Positions 45,049-53,181 of a stretch of DNA of 53,181 bases are shown one piece after another (the first letter of the stretch is position 1; every line of letters starts with the position of its first letter). Both the position numbers and the translations under genes were made by a program. Origin of the DNA: Acidimicrobiia bacterium (GTDB lineage Bacteria > Actinomycetota > Acidimicrobiia > Spongiisociales > JAENVV01); contig JBFGJH010000017.1 in assembly GCA_041577335.1 (NCBI GenBank), forward strand, positions 1 through 53,181, given 5' to 3'. The notes beneath the pieces were generated by a model. That model was given only the letters and a program-made list of their open reading frames with translations, was not told where the DNA came from and did no database searches.

Positions 45049-46059
45049 ATGGATCCAATTCTTCTCATCATCATTGTCGCAGTGGCTGCTGCCCTGATCG
45101 TCGGCGGAGGTGTGTGGACGGTCCGCAGACGATCACAGCTTCCCGCCGCCCTCAAGCCCGCGGCGCTGCCGTCCAAGACCCTTGCCGATCGTCTGGGGAA
45201 GTCCCGTCAAGCGCTCGGCGATCGACTCCGGGCCGCCTTTGGCCGCGAGGATCTGGACAGCGGGTTCTGGGAGGCCGTCGAGGAGGCGCTCATCGCCGCG
45301 GACGTCGGTGTCGCGACGTCGAGTTCCGTGGTGGCAGCCATTCGGCGCACCAATCCCGAGGATGCCGACGCCGCCAAGGCGGCGCTTCGGGAAGAGATGC
45401 TGGGGATCCTCGCCGGTGCCGACCGGTCCATCAAGAGGGCCAATGACCCGTCGGTGGTGATGGTGGTAGGCGTCAACGGGGTCGGGAAGACAACCACCAT
45501 CGCCAAACTGGCGGCTCGCTTGCGTGAGGAGGGGGCCGAGTCTCTGCTTGGCGCGGCTGACACCTTTCGAGCGGCTGCCGATACCCAACTCCGGACCTGG
45601 GCAGATCGGGTGGGCGTGGACATCGTGGCGGCGGAGTCCGGCTCGGACCCGGCATCGGTGGCTTTCGACGCCTACCAGGCCGCCAAATCGCGTGGCAAGG
45701 ATGTGCTCATCGTGGACACTGCCGGCCGCCTCCATTCGAAGACCAACCTCATGGCTGAGCTCGCCAAGATCAACCGAGTCTTGGAAGGCGCAGCGGGAAG
45801 CATCGATGAGGTTTTGCTCGTGCTTGACGCCACGACGGGCCAGAACGGTGTCGCCCAAACGAAGCAATTCACCGAAACGGTAGGTGTTACCGGCGTGGTG
45901 CTCACCAAGATGGATGGCACCGCCAAGGGAGGCATCGCAATTGCCGTGGAGAAGGATCTGGGCATACCGGTGAAGTACATAGGTGTAGGCGAAGGAATCG
46001 ATGACCTCGTGCGGTTCGACCCCCGTGAGTTCGTGGATGCGCTCCTTGCCGATGCATGA
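45049..46059 (+). CDS. ftsY: SRP receptor FtsY
   Basis: GVNGVGKTT, DTFRAAA, DTAGR, TKMDGTAKGG. Confidence 0.97.
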   Translation: MDPILLIIIVAVAAALIVGGGVWTVRRRSQLPAALKPAALPSKTLADRLGKSRQALGDRLRAAFGREDLDSGFWEAVEEALIAADVGVATSSSVVAAIRRTNPEDADAAKAALREEMLGILAGADRSIKRANDPSVVMVVGVNGVGKTTTIAKLAARLREEGAESLLGAADTFRAAADTQLRTWADRVGVDIVAAESGSDPASVAFDAYQAAKSRGKDVLIVDTAGRLHSKTNLMAELAKINRVLEGAAGSIDEVLLVLDATTGQNGVAQTKQFTETVGVTGVVLTKMDGTAKGGIAIAVEKDLGIPVKYIGVGEGIDDLVRFDPREFVDALLADA

Positions 46060-46060
46060 C

Positions 46061-46450
46061 ATGGACGCCGAAGGTATGACACTCGCCCAGGCTCGCGAGG
46101 TTGCACTCCGCGCCTACGCCCCGTACTCCAACTTCCGGGTGGGAGCGGCCGTGGTCGCCGCTTCAGGTGCCGTCTACCTGGGATGCAACGTGGAGAACGC
46201 CGCCTACGGATCAACGATGTGTGCCGAAGCCAACGCAATCGGCAACGCCATCGCTGCAGGAGAGTCGGGCCTGGTCTCGATCTCAGTGGCGTGCATCGAT
46301 GCCGATTCGGTAGACGGAGCCTATCCCTGTGGGAACTGCCGCCAACTCATGGAGGAGTTCGGCATCGGCCTCGTCGAAGTATCCGCCGGCTCAGGCGAGT
46401 CTCGGAAGCACCAGCTCAGCGAGTTGTTCCCTCATGGTTTCAAGCTCTAA
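46061..46450 (+). CDS. cdd: Cytidine deaminase
   Basis: AYAPYSNFRVGAA, NVENAAY, CAE, PCGNCRQ; start may be 46052. Confidence 0.94.
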   Translation: MDAEGMTLAQAREVALRAYAPYSNFRVGAAVVAASGAVYLGCNVENAAYGSTMCAEANAIGNAIAAGESGLVSISVACIDADSVDGAYPCGNCRQLMEEFGIGLVEVSAGSGESRKHQLSELFPHGFKL

Positions 46451-46728
46451 TTGAAAGCCTGAGGGGATAGCGCGCCCGGCCGATCCGGTGCCGGAAACCT
46501 CGGCTGGTCGGGACGAAGATCGGCATTTGCCAAGCGTCGCGCTCGGCCGGCCTCTATCGAGCATCGCCTTGCGGCTGATCAGAAACTGACACTTCGATAG
46601 GAAAGCGTCCAAAGCGAGGCGCCCGATGCCGACGGTGCTTGGCCGGCGATCAGTATCGCCCACCGGCCGTTCGACGGGACATCTTGAACTCGTGAGAAAG
46701 CCGCCAGCTCGGCTCCAGGTGGATCGAC

Positions 46729-47226
46729 TCAGGCCGCTTGGTTCGACTGCCCCATCAACCCGAGCACGCCACCGACTGCGACGAGGGCGGTTCCGATGAT
46801 CACAACCAGGAATCCGGCGCCGGTGGAAACCGTGAACGCCTGAGGAACCGCGCCACCGGCTGCCGCCTCGGCGAAGGCGCCCTGCAGCGCTGACGCATCG
46901 TCGCGCGCCTCGATCAGCTTGACGATGGCGTAAACCATCAGCGCAACGCCGAGGACACTCGTCACCAGCGCGGCATTCCGATCCTGCGCCACCCTGATCG
47001 GAGGTCGGACGGCGAGTCCGATCACGGCCACAATGGCGATCACCACCAGTACCTGGGCCAACGTGTCGAGGCCTCCCCATACCGTGGGCAGGCCGTCGGG
47101 AAACGCGGGGTTCGCTTGGTTGAGCGCAGGAAGCAACGACTCTCCGTCGCTGGTAGCGCCTTTGAAGAACAGGCCCACGACGCCGATCAAGGCGCCAACT
47201 ATCGCAACGATCCGACCAATGTGCAC
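46729..47226 (-). CDS. Hypothetical membrane protein (about 4 TM)
   Basis: GTG 47226 after AAGGGAG; MHIGRIVAIVGALIGVVGLFF...; hydrophobic segments. Confidence 0.72.
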   Translation of the reverse strand: MHIGRIVAIVGALIGVVGLFFKGATSDGESLLPALNQANPAFPDGLPTVWGGLDTLAQVLVVIAIVAVIGLAVRPPIRVAQDRNAALVTSVLGVALMVYAIVKLIEARDDASALQGAFAEAAAGGAVPQAFTVSTGAGFLVVIIGTALVAVGGVLGLMGQSNQAA

Positions 47227-47509
47227 GGTGGTCTCCCTTCCTACTGCGCCACAGGCTACGGTCACCCCCGCTCGAGAGCAATTGGATCTTCTGTACGAGA
47301 TGCAACCCGGAAGGCTGGCCGGCGCCCCACACCTACCAGCCGGTCGACGGTGCGAGCGCAGTGGACGTGGTGCAGACGATGGTGGACCGTAGGGTGGCGC
47401 ATCTCGAACCGAGCAAATGTACCCCGGAGTGGCACCGGCTGCGATCATGCGACGTATCTGTTGAACCTGGTTCGCCAGCTGCGCCCTGCGCGTGACCTCG
47501 ACTCTTCGC

Positions 47510-48487
47510 CTACGCCGCCGCCAGCAACGCTTCGCTGATGGCCCAGAGCCTCTCCGCCGACTCGTCGCTGCATGCATGCTCGTCGACGCCTTGGTAGCGG
47601 GCCATCGGGCTGTCGAGGTCGGTTGGCGCCGCGATGTCGCAGTCCTCGCAGTAGACCCCGGGCTTGCCTTCGAGTTTCGCCGAGGTCGCCGCCCACAGCG
47701 TGGTTGAGCAGCCCTGTTCGGGCGTCTTGAAGCCGACTTTGGCGAGCTCGGTGAGCTCTCCGTTCTCGTCGAGCCAGCCCAGGGCGACCATCTCCTCCTG
47801 CGGGAGGTGACGCTGGAGCGGTGTGAGGATCCCCCCCGGATGAACTGCGAATGCCAGTGCGCCCTTGTCTGAGATGCGCCTCGAAAGCGCGTTGGCGAAG
47901 AGCGCGTTGGCGGTCTTGGCCTGTCCGTACGCCTGCCACTTGTCGTACGCGCTGTTCTCGAACTGAAGGTCGTCCCAGTGGATGTCGGTGAGCTTGTGGG
48001 CGGTCGAGGACAACGCAACGACGCGGGACCCGGGAGTCTTCTCGATAAGGGGCAGCAGGGTGTTCGTGAGTGCGAAGTGGCCCATGTGGTTGATGCCAAA
48101 CTGCGACTCCCAGCCCGGTCCGACTCGCGCCTCCGGGCAAGCCATGATGCCGGCATTGTTGATCAGGAAGTCGAGCCGATCGAGCTCGCCGAGCATCGAC
48201 TCACCGAACCGACGAACCGATGAAGGGTCGGCCAGGTCGAGCGGCGCCGTCTTGACGTCGCCCTCGACGCCGGCCAGGTTCTCGGTTGCCTTCTCCGGAG
48301 ATCGGACCGGAACGACGACCCGCACGCCTTTGGCAGCAAGAGCGCGGACGGTCTCCAAGCCGATGCCGCTGTAGCCGCCGGTCACGATGGCGGTCTTGCC
48401 GGCGAGATCGAGGTCGGCTATCACGTCGGCACCGTCGGTCCTGGCTGCGAACCCTGAGTTCGTGGGAACTTGATCGGAGACTGCCAT
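47510..48487 (-). CDS. SDR family oxidoreductase (retinol dehydrogenase/WWOX-like)
   Basis: TGGYSGIG, INNAG, NHMGHF, YGQAK, HPG; start at MAVSDQ. Confidence 0.92.
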   Translation of the reverse strand: MAVSDQVPTNSGFAARTDGADVIADLDLAGKTAIVTGGYSGIGLETVRALAAKGVRVVVPVRSPEKATENLAGVEGDVKTAPLDLADPSSVRRFGESMLGELDRLDFLINNAGIMACPEARVGPGWESQFGINHMGHFALTNTLLPLIEKTPGSRVVALSSTAHKLTDIHWDDLQFENSAYDKWQAYGQAKTANALFANALSRRISDKGALAFAVHPGGILTPLQRHLPQEEMVALGWLDENGELTELAKVGFKTPEQGCSTTLWAATSAKLEGKPGVYCEDCDIAAPTDLDSPMARYQGVDEHACSDESAERLWAISEALLAAA

Positions 48488-48922
48488 GGGGTCCTCTCGA
48501 AGGGTCGGGTAGCGCTCGAGGGTACAGGGCGTCGTGTTCTTGTCGGTAATGATGCCCTCGTGTCGGCCAGATCCCATGTTCCATCTCGTCGGCACGGCAC
48601 CGATGGTTGGCCCCTACGCTCGGTACGGCTCAGCGGTCGATCGCGTGAGGTTTGACGAGTCGGCGACCCGGCACGGCACTCACCGGCGGGGTATATAGCG
48701 TTCGTAGACGCCGAAGCGACCGGCGGTCTGCTTCCTTGATGCGCGTCTTTTTCCTGTGAAGTATCGGCAGCACTTCGAGCCCTCCCAGGCTTGCCCAACG
48801 GGCACGATATCAGCGTGCAGAACGCCCGCCAACTGCGGTGTCTCTCTGGCGGGTTCGCAACTCCGGAAGGCGGAGACTCGCTGAGGGGTTCCGACCACTG
48901 CCGGTGTTGGCCGGCTGCCGGT

Positions 48923-49873
48923 CTACCGGTTGTTCAACGCCTCGATGAGCTTGGGCAGCACGGTGTGGACGTCACCAACAATGCCGAGGTCCGCCACCGA
49001 GAAGATCGGGGCTTCTTCGTCCTTGTTGATGGCGATGATGATCTTGGAATCCTTCATGCCAACCAGATGCTGCATCGCTCCCGATACCCCGGCGGCCAGG
49101 TAGATGTCCGGTTTCACCGTCTTTCCTGTCTGGCCCACCTGTTTGGAGTAGGGCACCCATCCGGCATCAACGATGGCGCGTGTCGCTCCGGTGGCTGCCT
49201 TCAGCGGCGCGGCGACCTGCTCGATCAACCCAAAATGCTCGGCGCTTCCCAGTCCTCTTCCGCCAGACACAATGACGGCCGCGTCGCCCAGTTGAGGGCC
49301 TTCCGTCTTCTCCGCGTGCGATCCTGTGATCGAGGCGCTCCCGGGATGGCCGATGTCTGGCATCGACACCTCGGAAACCGATGGGGCGGCTCCGCCGATG
49401 GCTTCGGCCGCGAACGACTTGGGTCGGACGAGGACGAGATGAGGAGCGGGAGCCTCGAACACGGTCTCGACGAGTTTCGTGCCCCCAAAGATCTCGTTCA
49501 CGACGGAGACCTGGCTATCGGCGATGTTGAATTCGATGGCGTTGGCGAGCACGGGCCGATCGAGCCGAGCGGACAGGCGGCCTGCGACGTCGCGACTGGT
49601 GTACGTCTGTCCAAACAGGAGCAGATCGATACCGTGAGTCGACACAAGGCTTTCAACGGCGGCGGCGGCCGCCGCGATGCCGAGCTGGCCTTGTGCTGGG
49701 GCGAGGTGGTGAACTGCAGATGCGCCATGGTCGCCCAACGTGGCGAACGCTTCCTCTGAGCCCGCACCGAAGTAGATGACGTGCGTTTCGCCCAAGGCGC
49801 GAGCCTTGGCGAGGAGTTCCAGGCCCACGACGGCGGGCTGTCCCTCGGCTTCTTCAACGAACACCCAAGCCAT
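48923..49873 (-). CDS. etfA: Electron transfer flavoprotein alpha subunit
   Basis: [34 protein letters not shown]. Confidence 0.95.
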   Translation of the reverse strand: MAWVFVEEAEGQPAVVGLELLAKARALGETHVIYFGAGSEEAFATLGDHGASAVHHLAPAQGQLGIAAAAAAVESLVSTHGIDLLLFGQTYTSRDVAGRLSARLDRPVLANAIEFNIADSQVSVVNEIFGGTKLVETVFEAPAPHLVLVRPKSFAAEAIGGAAPSVSEVSMPDIGHPGSASITGSHAEKTEGPQLGDAAVIVSGGRGLGSAEHFGLIEQVAAPLKAATGATRAIVDAGWVPYSKQVGQTGKTVKPDIYLAAGVSGAMQHLVGMKDSKIIIAINKDEEAPIFSVADLGIVGDVHTVLPKLIEALNNR

Positions 49874-50632
49874 CTAAATCACCTTTGCCTGTTCGAGGAC
49901 CTCGACGATCCGCAGATACGCTTCGCCTTCATCCACCACGATTTCGCCGGAGGCGCGCTCCGGAGCGGTCGTAACCGAAACAATCCGTTGTCCCGGGCCG
50001 GGGCTGACTCCGAGCTCTGCCGCGGTGAGCTGGTCGATGGGCTTCTTCTTCGCCTCCATGATCCCCTTGAAGGTGGGGTAGCGGGGCTCGACCACCCCTG
50101 AGGTAACCGTCACCAGGACCGGCAGCGGCGCTTCGACGGTGTCGTAGCCGCCGGCGGTCTGGCGGTCGATCTGCACGGAGCCGTCCACGATTGCGACGCG
50201 CTTGGCGTAGGTGAGGGCGGGTACGCTCAACAGCTCGGCCACCTGTTGGGGCACGACGCCTGAATACCCATCGGTCGACTCGGTTCCGGCAATCACAACG
50301 TCGAACTCGTCCCGTTTGATGGCCGCCGCCAACACCTTTGCCGTTGTGAGAGCGTCGGAGCCATGCAGGGCTTCGTCGTCGACGATCACCGCTCCGTGGG
50401 CTCCCATGGCGAGCGCTTGGCGGATGCCGTTGAGGTTTCCGGCCGGGCCCATCGACACGAGCGTCACGGTCCCTTCGTGCTGGTCGGCCAGCTGCAGACC
50501 CACCTCCACGCCGTAGCGGTCGGTGTCGTCGAGGACCTGCTCGTTGGGGCGGACCAGCGTGAGCGTTTCGGAATCGAGCTCGTACGGCGATGCCGGATCG
50601 GGAATCTGCTTCACGCAGACGGCTATCTTCAT
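49874..50632 (-). CDS. etfB: Electron transfer flavoprotein beta subunit
   Basis: MKIAVCVKQIPD, ALAMGA, AGTESTDG, EPRYP. Confidence 0.95.
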   Translation of the reverse strand: MKIAVCVKQIPDPASPYELDSETLTLVRPNEQVLDDTDRYGVEVGLQLADQHEGTVTLVSMGPAGNLNGIRQALAMGAHGAVIVDDEALHGSDALTTAKVLAAAIKRDEFDVVIAGTESTDGYSGVVPQQVAELLSVPALTYAKRVAIVDGSVQIDRQTAGGYDTVEAPLPVLVTVTSGVVEPRYPTFKGIMEAKKKPIDQLTAAELGVSPGPGQRIVSVTTAPERASGEIVVDEGEAYLRIVEVLEQAKVI

Positions 50633-50729
50633 TCGGCGCTCCTTCGACGATTCTTTGGCCGCCGGGATGTTAATGCTCGCTCACTTGCTGAGGAAATCAG
50701 CAGCCGCTTCCCGAGCAGCATTGCTTTCG

Positions 50730-52034
50730 CTAGCCAGTGATTCGATCGATGATGAGCGGTGGCGCCTCGGCGGCTTCGCCGACCTCCCATGCCCCTTTCA
50801 GATACCGCATTGCGTCTCCGAGCCGGCCGTCCTCTCGATAGTGGATGAGCGCCAGAGGATCACCTGCCTGCACCTCTTCGCTCACCTTGCGCAGGACGTC
50901 GATGCCGACGGAGGCATCGATGGATGCCTCCTTGTGAGCACGGCCTGCACCCAGCCGCATCGCGGCGACTCCGACGGCCAGTGCGTCGCACTTGGTCACG
51001 ACTCCGGTTCGGTCAGAAGCGAGCTCGAAGGTATACGGCGCATCCGGCAGCAGGCTTGGGTCGTCGATGACATTCGGGTCGCCGTCTTGCGCGGCGATGA
51101 CGGCTGCAAAGAGCTCCAATGCCTGGCCCGTAGCCACCGCCTCGGCAAGCCGGGCGCGGGCGTTGGCGGCGGTGCCGCTGACTCCGGCGAGCATGAGCAT
51201 CTCCGCCCCGAGAGCCATCGTGATCTCGGTGAGGTCGTCCGGCCCTTCGTTGCGCAGCACCGCGATCGATTCTCGAATCTCGTTCGTGTTGCCAACTGCC
51301 CGTCCGAGCGGCTGATCCATGGCCGTGAGGAGAGCGACGGTCTCGGTGCCGGCCCGGTTGCCAATTCCCACCATCGTCTCGGCGAGAGCTTGGGCGTCTG
51401 CCCGGCTCTTCATGAACGCTCCCGAGCCGACCTTGACGTCGAGCACCAGGCCGTCGAGGTCTTCGGCCAGCTTCTTGGACATGATCGAGGAGGAGATCAG
51501 CGGGATCGACGGAACCGTGCCCGTGGCGTCACGGAGCGCGTACATCTCCCGGTCAGCCGGCACCATCGTCTCCGATTGGCCGGCCAGCACCAAACCCGTT
51601 TGTGCCAGCACGGCATGGAACCGGTCGGGATCGAGTTGGGTCGTGAAGCCGGGAATGGACTCGAGCTTGTCGAGCGTGCCGCCGGTGTGGCCGAGCCCTC
51701 GACCCGACATCATCGGGATGGCAACCCCACAGGCGGCCACCATCGGAGCGAGAGGGATGCTGACCTTGTCGCCGACACCTCCGGTTGAGTGCTTGTCCAC
51801 TTTGGGCAGCCCGAGATCACCGAGCGAAAGACGTGACCCGGAGTTGAGCATTGCGTCTGTCCAGGCAGCCAGCTCCGACGGGTCCAGGTCGTTGTGGAAG
51901 ACCGCCATCAGCATGGATGCCATCTGGTAGTCGGGGACGGCCTTGGTCGTGAACGAGCGGATGAGCCACTCGATCTCGTCTCCAGTGAGGGTTCCGCCGT
52001 CTCGCTTACGCTCGATCAACTCCACAGCGTTCAT
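50730..52034 (-). CDS. deoA: Thymidine/pyrimidine-nucleoside phosphorylase
   Basis: DKHSTGGVGDK, MMSGRGLGHTGGTLDKLE, SIMSKK, DVKVGSGAF; start at MNAVELI. Confidence 0.95.
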   Translation of the reverse strand: MNAVELIERKRDGGTLTGDEIEWLIRSFTTKAVPDYQMASMLMAVFHNDLDPSELAAWTDAMLNSGSRLSLGDLGLPKVDKHSTGGVGDKVSIPLAPMVAACGVAIPMMSGRGLGHTGGTLDKLESIPGFTTQLDPDRFHAVLAQTGLVLAGQSETMVPADREMYALRDATGTVPSIPLISSSIMSKKLAEDLDGLVLDVKVGSGAFMKSRADAQALAETMVGIGNRAGTETVALLTAMDQPLGRAVGNTNEIRESIAVLRNEGPDDLTEITMALGAEMLMLAGVSGTAANARARLAEAVATGQALELFAAVIAAQDGDPNVIDDPSLLPDAPYTFELASDRTGVVTKCDALAVGVAAMRLGAGRAHKEASIDASVGIDVLRKVSEEVQAGDPLALIHYREDGRLGDAMRYLKGAWEVGEAAEAPPLIIDRITG

Positions 52035-52074
52035 TCGTCGACCCGGCCTCGGGATGGTGTGTCCGGCATCGCGG

Positions 52075-53181
52075 TCATGAAATGTCGGCGAGAAATGAGA
52101 TTCCTCGTGGAGGAGAAGGGAGTTCGAGACCCTGAGCAATCGTGGCCGCGATATCCGCATACTGGGCGCGGTCGCCCAAGTTCACTCCGGCCGAGTTGAG
52201 GCCGGCTACGAGGAGTGGCACATACTCGCGGGTGTGATCGGTCGAGCCGTCGGTGGGGTCGTTGCCATGGTCGGCGCTGAATACGAGTAGATCGGTGGGG
52301 CGTAGCGCTTCGACGAGCCTCGGCAGATATCGGTCGATGACTTGCAGACCTTGGTAATACCCCTGTGGGTTTTCTCGGTGGCCGTAGACCATGTCCAAGT
52401 CGACGAGGTTGGTGAAGATGATCCCGTCGGGTTGGGAGGCTATGCGGGCCAGGGTGCGTTCGAGCCCGTCGATGTCGCCCTCGGTGTGCTCTGCTGAGGT
52501 GAGGCCCCGACCTGCAAAGAGGTCCTCGATCTTGCCGATTCCATGGACTGGGAGGCCCGCGTCTTTGGCGATGTCGAGCAACGTCGGAGCATGCGGCGGC
52601 ATTGCGTAGTCTCGGCGCTCATAGGTCCGCTGGTAGCTTCCGGCCTCTCCGACGAAGGGCCGAGCGATGACTCGCCCGATATGGAAGTCGTTGCAGTGAC
52701 GCCTGGCGATCTCACAGACCCTGTACAGCTCATCGAGCGGCACGACATCCTTGTGGGCGGCGATCTGAAACACCGAATCGGCGGAGGTGTACAGGATGAG
52801 CGATCCGGTTGCGACATGCTCGGGCCCGAGATCCTCGATGATGACGGTGCCGGAGGCTGCGTAGTTGCCTATGAACCGGTGGCCGCTTTCCGCTTCGACA
52901 GCGTCGACGAGCTCAGGGGGAAATCCGGAATCCGTGAAGGTGGTGAATGGCTGCTCGGTCACCAGTCCGGCGATTTCCCAATGGCCGGTGGTGGAATCCT
53001 TGGCTGCGGACGCTTCTGCACACCTGCCGAATGCCATGGTCGGAGAAGGCGCGGGGGCGCAGCCGTGGAGGTTGGGATGTAGGTTGCCCAAACCGGCTGC
53101 CTGAAAGTTGGGGAGGGAGAACCCTCCGACGACGGAGGCGGTGTGCCCCAGCGTGTCCGATCCTTCGTCACCGTACTCGGC
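52075..53181 (-). CDS. deoB: Phosphopentomutase (5' end outside the window)
   Basis: YGDEGSDTLGH, KDSTTGHWE, YTSADSVFQIAAH, RVIARPF, ADHGNDP, DHTREYVP. Confidence 0.95.
   Translation of the reverse strand, partial: AEYGDEGSDTLGHTASVVGGFSLPNFQAAGLGNLHPNLHGCAPAPSPTMAFGRCAEASAAKDSTTGHWEIAGLVTEQPFTTFTDSGFPPELVDAVEAESGHRFIGNYAASGTVIIEDLGPEHVATGSLILYTSADSVFQIAAHKDVVPLDELYRVCEIARRHCNDFHIGRVIARPFVGEAGSYQRTYERRDYAMPPHAPTLLDIAKDAGLPVHGIGKIEDLFAGRGLTSAEHTEGDIDGLERTLARIASQPDGIIFTNLVDLDMVYGHRENPQGYYQGLQVIDRYLPRLVEALRPTDLLVFSADHGNDPTDGSTDHTREYVPLLVAGLNSAGVNLGDRAQYADIAATIAQGLELPSPPRGISFLADIS

Noticed and set aside
47227..48156. 5' part of the 475-aa ORF 46729..48156
   Set aside because: Overlaps the SDR gene in another frame; only 46729..47226 looks like a real membrane protein
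48488..48922. 435-nt intergenic gap with an imperfect hairpin near 48820-48857
   Set aside because: No credible ORF, tetraloop pattern or promoter; at most a terminator for etfA

Overview
GC-rich chromosomal window, most likely from an actinobacterium of class Acidimicrobiia. This is inferred from the gene order rpmB-recG-rsmD-coaD-DUF177-rpmF-plsX-rnc-mutM-smc-ftsY, an AdnAB-like helicase-nuclease pair, many leaderless genes and Cys-containing SLH-like repeats. I found no rRNA, tRNA, CRISPR array or transposase. About 45 CDS are present, mostly housekeeping. Four signals go beyond the ORF track. (1) The ~1.1 kb gap at 24590-25702 holds two apparently paralogous, highly structured non-coding RNAs (~155 nt and ~490 nt). 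They are built from UUCG/GAGA-capped hairpins with purine-rich internal loops, and each has its own promoter of the same architecture. (2) Four copies of a PafBC/RecA-NDp-type DNA-damage promoter (TGTCA[C/G]-N10-TANNNT) precede a UvrD-like helicase, a RecB-family nuclease and two tiny CxxC proteins. (3) One of those tiny proteins is a 40-aa ORF, missing from the ORF track, upstream of adnAB and ending in an ssrA-like tail (DEYSLAA). (4) A radical SAM gene has an apparent TGA stop that is probably selenocysteine (C-U-A-E-P tail), followed by a SECIS-like hairpin.
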